Assembly (NCBI GenBank): GCA_964612555.1
Contig: CAZTBW010000008.1
Span: 71,404 to 135,403 of the forward strand
Length of the DNA stretch: 64,000 bases
Direction: 5' to 3'
DNA from: an uncultured Bdellovibrionales bacterium
GTDB taxonomy: Bacteria > Bdellovibrionota_C > UBA2361 > SZUA-149 > DAOLCO01
In this document: piece after piece, positions 20,663 through 32,112 of the stretch
Layout: each line of letters starts with the position of its first letter
Position numbering within the stretch: position 1 is the first letter of the stretch
Translations under genes and position numbers: made by a program
The notes under the pieces: model-generated
What the model was told of the DNA's origin: nothing
Seen by the model: the letters and a program-made list of their open reading frames with translations, nothing else
Database searches by the model: none

Positions 20663-23229
20663 TACCTGATTCCTTTCTCTCTTCACTGCAAACTCTTACC
20701 TTTATCGAGTTTTTGGATAAAACAATCTGGTATCTGTTTATTCCATTTTTTTTATTGTGCTTATTTGTATGGGTATTAAAAGTTCGAAAACTTATTCCCT
20801 TGTTGCTTCGTTTGCTTGTTGTAGCATCACTTATTTGTGCAGCTTCTATTCCCTTTATCAGCACTACTTCTTTTTTAGATAGTCCCCACAGGGTATTTCT
20901 TCTGGATATTTCAAAAAGTATGAATGATCGTGCGTTAGAGGATTGTATTCAAAAAGCGCTCCGTATTTCAAAAGATGTAAAAATGAAGGTGTATCCTTTT
21001 GATGCCAGGCTGATGGAATCTTTTGATGTAACACCGGGGAAGGAAAAAGAGTTACTTAAAACCCTGGGAAAGAAACGATCTGAATCACTTACCAATTACG
21101 AGGAGACCTTTCAGATGCTGAGTTCCTATCTTCAGTCAGAAGATGTGCTCTTTTGTTCTGATGGGCGTGAAACTGCGGGAGCAGTTGGAGGGGTTTTTTC
21201 GGAGTTGAAAAGAAAGAGTATCAGAGTTCACCCTTTTTTCCCCGATAATCGCTTGCTCCAGCCTGATGAGGTTCTGATTACTTCCTTCACCGGACCTCTG
21301 CTTATTCAACATGGTCAGGCAGCCCAATTTAGCGCCTCCCTTCGTAACCCGACAAAGGAGGCATTTTCAGGAACCATTGGTTTTGCAGTAAACGGAGCTT
21401 CAAAATATCAGAAGCAAATTACGGTTGAACCTGGGCGGGAACTTACCATTTCTGAATATTTCAGGGAGCTTCCGGTTGGGCTTCATAAAATTACTTTTTC
21501 AGTTGCAGGAGAAGATGAAAGAAGCCGCTGGATTGAAGTTAAGGAGCGTCCACGACTTTTACTTATTCATGGAAGAGCGAATGAAGCTAATCTGACAGAA
21601 AATCTTTTAAAAACTCTTGGGTATGAACGTGAAAGTCTTGTTATAGGAAAAAACTCTCTTCCTGATTCACTTGATAATTACAGTGGTATCATTTTGAATA
21701 ACGTAGCTGAGAAGCAGCTAACAAAAGAGTTTCAAAGAAAGCTTAAAGCGCATGTTGAAAAAGGCAGTGGGCTTCTCATTTTGGGAGGGGATGCGAGCTT
21801 TGGACTGGGAGGTTATAAAGGCAGCGTGCTTGAAGAAATATCACCACTTGAATCAGTTCCGCCTCGTTCAAAAGTGCAAAAACTGCCTTCTGCGGTAGCT
21901 TTGGTTATAGACAAATCCGGAAGTATGCAGGTTGAAGGCAGAATGATGGCAGCACGACTTGCTGCTTTAAACACTATTAACGGTCTTTCAGATGAAGATT
22001 ATATTGTAATTGTAGGATTTGATCATGCGCCACTTGTGGTGATGGATCTTCAAAAAGTTTCAGTAGCAAAGCAACAGGCTGAAATGAGACTTAGAAATCT
22101 CGATGCTGATGGAGGTACAAATCTTCTTCCTGCTCTTTCAAGGGCAAGGTACAGACTTTCGGGTGTTTCTGCCGGGAAAAAGCATATAATAATTCTCACA
22201 GATGGTATTTTTCCAAATACAGGAAATGAATTTGCAAATGAAATAAATACAATTAAGCGTGAGGGGATTACCATGTCCACCATTGCGCTTGGGCTTGATG
22301 CAGACGTTCCCTTTATGAAACTTTTAGCTCAACAAGGGGGTGGGCAATTTTATCAGGTTATGAACGCTTCAACTCTCCCGAGGATATTTCTGGATGATAT
22401 TAAAGTGGTGATCGGAGAAGATACCATGAGGGAGCAGTCTGATTTTCCGGTTCTTCCGGGACCTGCGGGCATTATCTCAAGTTCTATTCATCATTTTCCT
22501 TTTTTAAAAGGATTTGTTGAAACCAAAGCGAAAGACAGGGCACAGGTAGAGCTTATAAGCAGAAAAGGGAACGAGGTATTTCCAATATTTGCAAGCTGGA
22601 TTTTTGGTACGGGAAGAGTGTATGCCTTTGCTTCAGATCTTGTGGGCAGATGGTCAAGTTCATGGCTCAGGTGGCCTCAGATAGGTAATTTCTGGGATGA
22701 TATATTCAAAAAACTGAAAGGGACTCAGGATAGTACTACTGATGATATTAAATTTGACATTCGGTATCACGTGCAGGGGAGTAGAATATTTTTTGAATTG
22801 TTTATATATGAAAAAGAACTTGGGCAGATTCGTTCCGGTGCTGCGGAACTACGAAGTAAGAACAGTGAGAAAAAGCAAAGTTTTACCTTTGAGAGAAAAG
22901 AAGCAGGCAGATTTGAAGGTTCGCTTCCTATAGACCAGGCAGGGGATTATATACTTTCTACCATTTTTGATACTACCCCACTCCCCCCCCTTGGGATTTC
23001 AGTGTCTGCAAGTGAGCTTGGTGAGATTCGAGGGCAAGGAGTGGATATTACTTTTCTTAACCGACTTGCCCGCACTACAGGAGGTGTGGTGAATCCTTCA
23101 GCAGAGGACTTAAGCACCCGTGAAAGTAAGGAAATAGTCATACCGAAAACGTATTCTTTGCCATTCGTAATTTTGACCCTTATACTGTTGCTAGTAGAGG
23201 TGATATTACGAGAGAGACGAAAAATATGA
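20659..23229 (+). CDS. Large vWA-domain membrane protein, BatB-like (two vWA-like regions)
   Basis: ATGA overlap with the upstream gene. N-terminal TM helices; MIDAS-like motifs VFLLDISKSM and VALVIDKSGSM…DGGTNL; C-terminal TM helix (LPFVILTLILLLVEVIL). Confidence 0.7.
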   Translation: MIPDSFLSSLQTLTFIEFLDKTIWYLFIPFFLLCLFVWVLKVRKLIPLLLRLLVVASLICAASIPFISTTSFLDSPHRVFLLDISKSMNDRALEDCIQKALRISKDVKMKVYPFDARLMESFDVTPGKEKELLKTLGKKRSESLTNYEETFQMLSSYLQSEDVLFCSDGRETAGAVGGVFSELKRKSIRVHPFFPDNRLLQPDEVLITSFTGPLLIQHGQAAQFSASLRNPTKEAFSGTIGFAVNGASKYQKQITVEPGRELTISEYFRELPVGLHKITFSVAGEDERSRWIEVKERPRLLLIHGRANEANLTENLLKTLGYERESLVIGKNSLPDSLDNYSGIILNNVAEKQLTKEFQRKLKAHVEKGSGLLILGGDASFGLGGYKGSVLEEISPLESVPPRSKVQKLPSAVALVIDKSGSMQVEGRMMAARLAALNTINGLSDEDYIVIVGFDHAPLVVMDLQKVSVAKQQAEMRLRNLDADGGTNLLPALSRARYRLSGVSAGKKHIIILTDGIFPNTGNEFANEINTIKREGITMSTIALGLDADVPFMKLLAQQGGGQFYQVMNASTLPRIFLDDIKVVIGEDTMREQSDFPVLPGPAGIISSSIHHFPFLKGFVETKAKDRAQVELISRKGNEVFPIFASWIFGTGRVYAFASDLVGRWSSSWLRWPQIGNFWDDIFKKLKGTQDSTTDDIKFDIRYHVQGSRIFFELFIYEKELGQIRSGAAELRSKNSEKKQSFTFERKEAGRFEGSLPIDQAGDYILSTIFDTTPLPPLGISVSASELGEIRGQGVDITFLNRLARTTGGVVNPSAEDLSTRESKEIVIPKTYSLPFVILTLILLLVEVILRERRKI
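22983..22991 (+). repeat. Homopolymeric C9 tract inside the BatB-like gene
   Basis: ctccccccccccttggg: nine consecutive C (22983-22991) encoding …TPLPPLG…, about 80 codons before the stop. Confidence 0.8.
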
Positions 23230-23870
23230 TCAAAATAGCAGTAAGATTTTTAATTATAATTTTTGTTTTTGTGCCCATGTGGCTCTCATCTACGGTAAGC
23301 GCTGAGGATGTAACTCCTCGCCCTCTTCAGAAGGGTCTCTATCTTTGTGATGGAATATGGACGACCAATGCCTGTGATGCACCTGAGTCGGTGTTACCAT
23401 ATCGGGAATCTTCAGGTGATTCACATTCACCAGAACGAGTAAGAAAGAAAAAAATAGAAGAGATACTTCATCCGGTAAGAATCAAAGCTTCCGATATTAG
23501 AAATACATATTATGCCCGGTATGATATTTCTTATGTAGAAAATTTGTGTACTGATCTTGTTACTTCAATCGCTGATTGTGTTGATGCTGCAATGGCTGAG
23601 CATGAAAAACTTTTGAACTACGAAATCAAGCTTCGTGAACAGGAGCTTAAGAAGATGGAACTTTCACAGCAAAAACAGAAAGTTGAAACGGAGATTACTA
23701 TTCAGAACATTCATCCTCAGCCCGTATATATAGGTCCTGGTATTATTCCCCCGCGCCCCAGACCTCCGTCTATTACTCCTCCCGGAAACCGTCCCTCTCA
23801 TGGTCATCACCTGATACCACGACCAAATCCCGGACAAAGTTTATCTATACCGGGTGTGAGAAGAAATTAA
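23226..23870 (+). CDS. Secreted hypothetical protein with proline-rich C-terminus (last gene of Bat-like operon)
   Basis: ATGA overlap with the upstream gene; signal-peptide-like N-terminus (MIKIAVRFLIIIFVFVPMWLSSTVSAED); C-terminal PPRPRPPSITPPGNRPSHGHHLIPRPNPG. Confidence 0.55.
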   Translation: MIKIAVRFLIIIFVFVPMWLSSTVSAEDVTPRPLQKGLYLCDGIWTTNACDAPESVLPYRESSGDSHSPERVRKKKIEEILHPVRIKASDIRNTYYARYDISYVENLCTDLVTSIADCVDAAMAEHEKLLNYEIKLREQELKKMELSQQKQKVETEITIQNIHPQPVYIGPGIIPPRPRPPSITPPGNRPSHGHHLIPRPNPGQSLSIPGVRRN

Positions 23871-24018
23871 ATGGATTAAGGGATGGCATTAAATTGAGAG
23901 AAGCGGCTGAAAATGCAATTGTTTTGAGTATCAATCACGAGCCCTGCGACTATTGATCAAAAAACCAACACTGGCAGAGCCCACGAGATACTCAAATGAC
24001 CCAAAGAACAGAAACCTG

Positions 24019-24069
24019 AAAAAACCCTTGAGCCACTTCTCTCAGAAGTAGCTATCGACACATAAGGGG
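24019..24069 (-). terminator. Terminator candidate for trxB (minus strand)
   Basis: On the minus strand: cccctta…(inner hairpin cttctgagagaag)…caagggttttttc. That is a compound hairpin followed by a T6 run, 80 nt downstream of the trxB stop. Confidence 0.35.
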
Positions 24070-24150
24070 CAAAGCTTGATATGGTATAAGCAGAAGTATA
24101 AGCAGAATGGGAATTTTTCTTAATACAGTTTATTTTATTATCACGACTGA

Positions 24151-25173
24151 TTATTCGGATTCAGCAAGATATCGCTCTGCTTCAATAGCTGCCATACAAC
24201 CAGAACCGGCAGCGGTAACAGCCTGGCGAAATACATGGTCTTGTACGTCACCAGAGGCGAAGACACCCGGAATATTGGTTTTTGTGCTGTCAGGATGAGT
24301 TATCAAATATCCGTTCTCATCCATATCGAGAATTCCCTTAAAGAGATCAGTATTGGGAGTGTGTCCTATCGCGTAGAATAATGCCGCACACTCGATTTCG
24401 GAACGCTCTTTTGTTGTTGTATGTTCGAGTACCGCGCCCTTTAATCCTTCTTTCTGGTTGCCCAGTAATTCCACCACATTCTGACTATAGACTATTTCAA
24501 TTTTATTATTCTTAAGAACCCGATCTGCCATGATTTTAGAAGCTCTGAATTCATCTCTCCTGAGAATCAGTCGAACTCGTTTTCCAAATTTGGTGAGAAA
24601 CACTGCTTCTTCACATGCAGAGTCTCCTCCACCAACTACCACAATCTCCTGATCTCTAAAAAATGCACCATCACAAGTTGCACAGGTTGAAAGCCCAAAA
24701 CCCATAAGCTCTGACTCTTTATCCAGACCTAGAGTCCTTGCAGTTGCACCGGTTGAAATTATCAAAGCGTCACAGGTGTATTCATCTTTTTCGATAAACA
24801 CAGAGAATGGTTTTTTGGAAAGATCAACTCTGGTAACCCAGCCTGTAAGTACTTTTGACCCAAATCGCTCTGCCTGTTTTCTCATTTCATCCATTAGATC
24901 AGGACCCATAATGCCCTCAGAAAAACCGGGGAAATTTTCAACATCCGTTGTTGTGGTGAGTTGTCCACCAGGTTGAGGTCCCTGAATGATCAATGGAGAA
25001 AGGTTTGCCCGTGCAGTGTAAACACCCGCAGTAAGCCCCGCAGGTCCGGTTCCTAAAATGATGATGTGATGATGATTTGATGAATTCATGCAATAAATTC
25101 CTAGTATAAAAGCTTGCTTCACGCTGAATGCATATAACTTACATGATATTACTAAGGAGTGCAAATCGGTCAA
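24151..25173 (-). CDS. trxB: Thioredoxin-disulfide reductase
   Basis: 340 aa; FAD motif GTGPAG, redox-active CATCDG, NADPH motif GGGDSA. Confidence 0.9.
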   Translation of the reverse strand: MTDLHSLVISCKLYAFSVKQAFILGIYCMNSSNHHHIIILGTGPAGLTAGVYTARANLSPLIIQGPQPGGQLTTTTDVENFPGFSEGIMGPDLMDEMRKQAERFGSKVLTGWVTRVDLSKKPFSVFIEKDEYTCDALIISTGATARTLGLDKESELMGFGLSTCATCDGAFFRDQEIVVVGGGDSACEEAVFLTKFGKRVRLILRRDEFRASKIMADRVLKNNKIEIVYSQNVVELLGNQKEGLKGAVLEHTTTKERSEIECAALFYAIGHTPNTDLFKGILDMDENGYLITHPDSTKTNIPGVFASGDVQDHVFRQAVTAAGSGCMAAIEAERYLAESE

Positions 25174-25323
25174 ATGACAAGGGTTTTAGATGTGACCCTG
25201 TCGCAGGAAACAGCGGTTTCCCTTTTATCTTCTATTTTCGGGTTTCAGGACAAGAAAGTTGTAAAGCAAATCCTGAATTCAACCGTTTTTCCTTTAGTGA
25301 ATAATATAAAAGGTCTTCATGTT

Positions 25324-26688
25324 ATGAAATCATTACGAATTATTTCCTTAACACTCATTTCATTTTTGTTTCTAACTCTTAGTGCGTGTTCGGGTATCTT
25401 TGATGTGAAAGGTATACGTCCTTCACTTGCTGTTGATGCAGCAATGGATCTGGGAAAATCTATAACCATGAGCGATGATGAAGTAAAAGACCTGGCAAAG
25501 GGTTTTGCCAATGACTATGACCGCAGAAATCGCGTCGCTCCACCAAATAGCAGCTATGCAAGACGGCTTAATGCACTTGTTAAAAATCACACTAAAGAAG
25601 ATGGACTTGATCTAAACTATAAAGTGTATCTGGCTAATCAGGTCAATGCATTTGCCATGGCAGATGGGACGATCAGATTTTATAGTGGCTTGATGGATAT
25701 GATGAATGACGATGAGCTTCTGTTTATCTTGGGACATGAGATCGGTCATGTACAACACGGACATATCGCAAAAGCTACGAAACTTTCTGCAGCAGCTTCA
25801 GGAGTTAGAAAAGGAGTGGCAAGCACTTCCTCTGTTGCAGGTGATGTCGCAGCAACTGCTGCGGGTGGTTTATTAGAAAAGCTTGTTAACATGCAATTTT
25901 CTCAATCACAGGAATATGAAGCAGATGAGTATGGAGTAAATTTCATGAAGCGTCATGGATATAATGTAGATGGTGCAATTACTTCCTTCAACAAGCTTGC
26001 AAAACTGGAAAGAAAAGGTGGAACATTTGCTAATCTGATATCATCACACCCAACTTCAAAAAAACGCGCCGATGCACTTGCAAAAATAATCGGAGATGAC
26101 AGCAAGGTTAAATTTGCCGAAATATCTGATGATGATGCATCAGTTGATGCTGAGCCGTCTGTGGTTGTATCAAATGATAGCGATATGCCTTCTGAAGCAA
26201 AAGGGATGACTTCCGGTCAGGTAGCTTCTCAGGAAGGGGAACTCCGTGGAGAACAAGAAATAGAAATAGCCTCTTCTCATTCTGATGATATGGAGCAGTA
26301 TCCCAGAAGAGCATCCTCTCATAATAAGGTAAACAAGGTTACTTCTCAAGAAAGTGCAGGCGGTGATGGTTGGTATATTCAGGTGCTTGCAAGTACTGAT
26401 AAATCAGGTGCATATGCGATTATTAAAAAACTAAAAGACCTTGGGTTTAGTTCCTCTGAACAGGTGGTGACCGTGCGGGGATCTGAATATCACCGTGTTC
26501 TTGTTGGACCTTTTAGTTCCAAAATAGAAGCAGAGGATGGGATTCAGAACGTAAGAGATGCGGGTGTTTCCCGTGAGATGCCATTTATCCGCTACGTATC
26601 TGATGAAGTATCTGACAAAAGGGCTTCTGTAGCACCACATTACGATCGAAAAAATCATCAGGAAGAACGACTATCTCAACTAAGATAG
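25324..26688 (+). CDS. M48-family metallopeptidase lipoprotein fused to a C-terminal SPOR domain
   Basis: I chose the start at MKSLRIISLTLISFLFLTLSAC (lipobox LSAC). The upstream in-frame extension from 25159 would overlap the trxB start. HExxH zinc motif HEIGHVQHGH; acidic linker; C-terminal SPOR-like module (GWYIQVLASTDKSGAYAIIKKLKDLGF…YHRVLVGPFSSKIEAE). Confidence 0.7.
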   Translation: MKSLRIISLTLISFLFLTLSACSGIFDVKGIRPSLAVDAAMDLGKSITMSDDEVKDLAKGFANDYDRRNRVAPPNSSYARRLNALVKNHTKEDGLDLNYKVYLANQVNAFAMADGTIRFYSGLMDMMNDDELLFILGHEIGHVQHGHIAKATKLSAAASGVRKGVASTSSVAGDVAATAAGGLLEKLVNMQFSQSQEYEADEYGVNFMKRHGYNVDGAITSFNKLAKLERKGGTFANLISSHPTSKKRADALAKIIGDDSKVKFAEISDDDASVDAEPSVVVSNDSDMPSEAKGMTSGQVASQEGELRGEQEIEIASSHSDDMEQYPRRASSHNKVNKVTSQESAGGDGWYIQVLASTDKSGAYAIIKKLKDLGFSSSEQVVTVRGSEYHRVLVGPFSSKIEAEDGIQNVRDAGVSREMPFIRYVSDEVSDKRASVAPHYDRKNHQEERLSQLR

Positions 26689-26809
26689 TTAACCCGCATA
26701 TATACGGGTTAAGAAATATTGACAAGGAAACTTGAGTCTTGAGCTTGAGTTTTCTTGTCTGGATAGAAATACAGTATCTTTCATTTAAGCATACTGGTAT
26801 TTTAGGATA

Positions 26810-27661
26810 ATGGGTTCATCCATATATTCATTTTGTGTTCTCTCCGGCTCATACAATAGTGAGGTTTCATTTCCCGCACGTCTTGATGTGGTACTCAGAT
26901 CGATTTTTCCGGTACTTAGCAGGAACAGGATTTCAGCTATAAGCGATGAAAAAAAACTGTTTATAAATGGTCGTCATGCCAAGCCGGGAGATATTCTGAG
27001 AGGAAAGGAGGAGGTTACATTCGAAGGATATATTGGAGTGCTTCTTCCTTCAATAAAAAGGTTATCAGAAGAATCAAAACCAAATATAGCAGATTTGGAT
27101 ATTATATATGAAGATGAATATATAGTAGCGGTAAATAAGCCCAGAGGCATGCATTCAGTATTGCAGCGATATTCTGATCCACTTACTCTTGCAGATCTTC
27201 TTGCAGACTATAATCCCGAGCTGATTGAAGCTGGCAGAGATCAAAAGGAGTCCGGGCTCGTTCAGCGTCTTGATTTCTGGACAAGTGGTGTAATTATTTC
27301 ATGTAAAACGAAAGAGTGTTGGGAGTATCTTCATCTTCAGTTGACCTCTAAACAGGTTGAAAAAACATACATTGCCGAGATTGCAAAAGATGTTACCGCA
27401 CTTCCCGCAGAGTTCAGATCAGCAAGATTTGAGATATACAAGGAGCTCCATAAAAGCACTCTGCTAAGAATCACTCTTAATGATGGGAGCAGACATATTG
27501 TAAGAAGGTTATTTTCTGAACTTGGATATCCCTTACTGGGTGATAAAGAGTATGGCTCAAAAGCAGAGAGAGAAAGTTATTTTTTACATTCTGAAAAAAT
27601 CAAAATTACGTTACCAGATTCCAGGAAGTTGGAATTGAATTCCCCTCCAATATTGACTTAA
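26810..27661 (+). CDS. RluA-family RNA pseudouridine synthase
   Basis: 283 aa; S4-like N-terminus; catalytic-loop region …VQRLDFWTSGVIIS… consistent with the HRLDxxTSG motif. Confidence 0.7.
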   Translation: MGSSIYSFCVLSGSYNSEVSFPARLDVVLRSIFPVLSRNRISAISDEKKLFINGRHAKPGDILRGKEEVTFEGYIGVLLPSIKRLSEESKPNIADLDIIYEDEYIVAVNKPRGMHSVLQRYSDPLTLADLLADYNPELIEAGRDQKESGLVQRLDFWTSGVIISCKTKECWEYLHLQLTSKQVEKTYIAEIAKDVTALPAEFRSARFEIYKELHKSTLLRITLNDGSRHIVRRLFSELGYPLLGDKEYGSKAERESYFLHSEKIKITLPDSRKLELNSPPILT

Positions 27662-27742
27662 TGATTAAACTATAAAAAAGTCATCTTTTTGCAATCTATT
27701 AAAAAAGAGCTTATAAAGTAGGCGATTTGGAATATAATGTAA

Positions 27743-29956
<2,214 letters not shown>

Positions 29957-30097
29957 TGAGGCGGTAGATATCCCTCATCTGCGTTTATCTGCAGTTTTAC
30001 CTATTTAACAATAAAAGCTAAATTTTCTTGCAATTAATCCCCAGTCCAGCTAAGATAAATCTTTAATACCGTGAAGATTTTGTAAAAGTGTATATAA

Positions 30098-31303
30098 ATG
30101 TCTGATATTATTGATTTATTTGAGAACGATCTTAGTGCCAGATTAAGTCAGGGAAGTATTTTTTTGCAAGTGGTTACAGGTCCAAGGCAGGTTGGAAAAA
30201 CCACTATTGTTAAGAAGATTATTGCTGGCTGGGATGGTCCGGCAATTTATGCTTCTGCTGATCTTCCTTCTCCTCCAGGAAATGAGTGGATAATTGAGCA
30301 TTGGAATCAAGCCAGATTGAGGCAGAAAAACAATCCTGAAAAAAGTACTCTTTTGGTTCTTGATGAGATTCAGAAAGTTGAGCGTTGGTCTGAAGTTGTA
30401 AAATTATACTATGACGAAGATCGTCATTCTGGTTTACAGGTTGTGCTACTAGGTTCTGCCAGTTTAGCGATTCATGCTGGTCTTACTGAAAGCCTTTTAG
30501 GTCGTTATGAAGTTATGCGTCTTCCTCATTGGGGTTTCCATGAGTGCAAAACGAGATTTAACTGGTCATTTGAAACATTTATGCAATTTGGTGGCTATCC
30601 TGCTGCAGCGTCTCTTATTCACGATACTGAACGCTGGGAAAATTTCATGCGTGATTCTGTTATTGAAGCGGTTATTTCCAGGGATATTTCTTTATTGAGA
30701 GATATTGCAAAGCCTGCTCTATTTCGGCAAAGTTTTGATTTAGCGATGCAGTATCCTGCAACCTTAATATCGTATGATAAGTTTATAGGGCAATTACAGG
30801 ACAAAGGAAATGCTACTACTGTAAAATCATACCTGGAGACTTTGTCTCAGGCATTTTTAATTGTTTTACTGGAAAAGTATTCAACTCGTGCTATTTCTAA
30901 AAAAGCGTCTTCACCAAAAATAATTCCTTTATGTCCGGCTTTGATTCATTCGTTTACTAATCCTGAAAAAGTAACCTATGATAAGGATTGGTATGGACGT
31001 GTCTTTGAATCAGTTATTGGGGCGCATTTTTCCTTCTTTTTTAAAAACAAGCTGTATTATTGGAGAGAACGGTCAGCAGAAGTTGACTATGTTATTGAAG
31101 ATAATGATACAGTGTATGCAATTGAAATCAAGTCGGGTAGGAAAAAATCACCAAGTGGCTTGAATAGTTTTGTTTCAGCGTTTACAAAATCAGGAAAGCA
31201 GATTGTAACTCTTATGATTAATAAGGAACTTGCTTTGGAGCTGTTGAGTATAAATAACAAGAAAGCGATACTTGATTTTCTTACTGTCTTTAGCCACAGA
31301 TAA
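30098..31303 (+). CDS. Stand-alone AAA ATPase with DUF4143-type C-terminal domain
   Basis: 401 aa; Walker A GPRQVGKTT, Walker B LLVLDEIQK; architecture of the AAA_14 + DUF4143 'ATP-binding protein' family. Confidence 0.75.
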   Translation: MSDIIDLFENDLSARLSQGSIFLQVVTGPRQVGKTTIVKKIIAGWDGPAIYASADLPSPPGNEWIIEHWNQARLRQKNNPEKSTLLVLDEIQKVERWSEVVKLYYDEDRHSGLQVVLLGSASLAIHAGLTESLLGRYEVMRLPHWGFHECKTRFNWSFETFMQFGGYPAAASLIHDTERWENFMRDSVIEAVISRDISLLRDIAKPALFRQSFDLAMQYPATLISYDKFIGQLQDKGNATTVKSYLETLSQAFLIVLLEKYSTRAISKKASSPKIIPLCPALIHSFTNPEKVTYDKDWYGRVFESVIGAHFSFFFKNKLYYWRERSAEVDYVIEDNDTVYAIEIKSGRKKSPSGLNSFVSAFTKSGKQIVTLMINKELALELLSINNKKAILDFLTVFSHR

Positions 31304-31454
31304 CAGCAGATAAAAAACAACCTACTTTCTCAAATCCGCAACAATCAAAACCCGTAATGATGAAAACAAGTCGCTTGAAGAAATTATTCTTTGATAAATT
31401 AGCCCAAAGAGATAGGTTAAGGTATTAAATCTGGCGTTGAGGGAAAGGAGTCAA

Positions 31455-32024
31455 ATGAATTACTTTAAACATGAATCATCCTATATTGATGAACCTTGTG
31501 AAATCGGAGAGGGGACAAAAATATGGCATTTTTGCCATATAATGGAAAAGGCAAGAATCGGGAAGAATTGCAACATCGGTCAGAATGTAGTGATTTCCCC
31601 GGAAGTTATTCTTGGTAATAATGTAAAAGTTCAGAATAACGTATCGATTTATACCGGTGTAATATGTGAAGATGATGTGTTCCTTGGACCCTCAATGGTT
31701 TTTACCAACATTATTAATCCTCGAAGTGCGGTTGTAAGAAGAGATCAGTATGCCAAAACTTTTGTCGGTAAGGGGGCTACCATTGGTGCGAATGCAACCA
31801 TAGTATGCGGAAATTCTATTGGTAAATACGCATTTATTGGGGCAGGAGCGGTAGTTACCAAGGAAGTACCTGATTATGCTCTGATTATTGGAAATCCGGG
31901 AAGGCAGATTGGGTGGATGAGCGAGTATGGATGCAGGCTTGAGTTTAGTGATGGAGTTGGAGTATGCCAAGGAAGTAATCAGAAGTATCATTTAAAGGAT
32001 GGTATAGTTGTAAAAGCAGGATAA
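31455..32024 (+). CDS. WbpD/WlbB-like UDP-2-acetamido-3-amino-2,3-dideoxy-glucuronate N-acetyltransferase (left-handed beta-helix)
   Basis: Start taken at MNYFKHESSYIDEPCEIGEGTKIWHFCHI (the ORF track begins 18 nt upstream at 31437). Hexapeptide repeats; C-terminal IGWMSEYG region typical of WbpD. Confidence 0.75.
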   Translation: MNYFKHESSYIDEPCEIGEGTKIWHFCHIMEKARIGKNCNIGQNVVISPEVILGNNVKVQNNVSIYTGVICEDDVFLGPSMVFTNIINPRSAVVRRDQYAKTFVGKGATIGANATIVCGNSIGKYAFIGAGAVVTKEVPDYALIIGNPGRQIGWMSEYGCRLEFSDGVGVCQGSNQKYHLKDGIVVKAG

Positions 32025-32112
32025 TACCCGTTTGGCTATTCATTGAATAAGTAGTAGTATGATTGGGAATTGGAGCTGAATTTCAATGTGTTTTTGATAG
32101 CCTGATCTCTAA

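Noticed and set aside
23871-24150. 280-bp non-coding gap between the Bat-like operon and trxB, checked for tRNA or small RNA.
   Set aside because: No cloverleaf-compatible motifs (no GTTCGAATC-type T-loop) and no ORF. Only the trxB terminator-like hairpin was retained.
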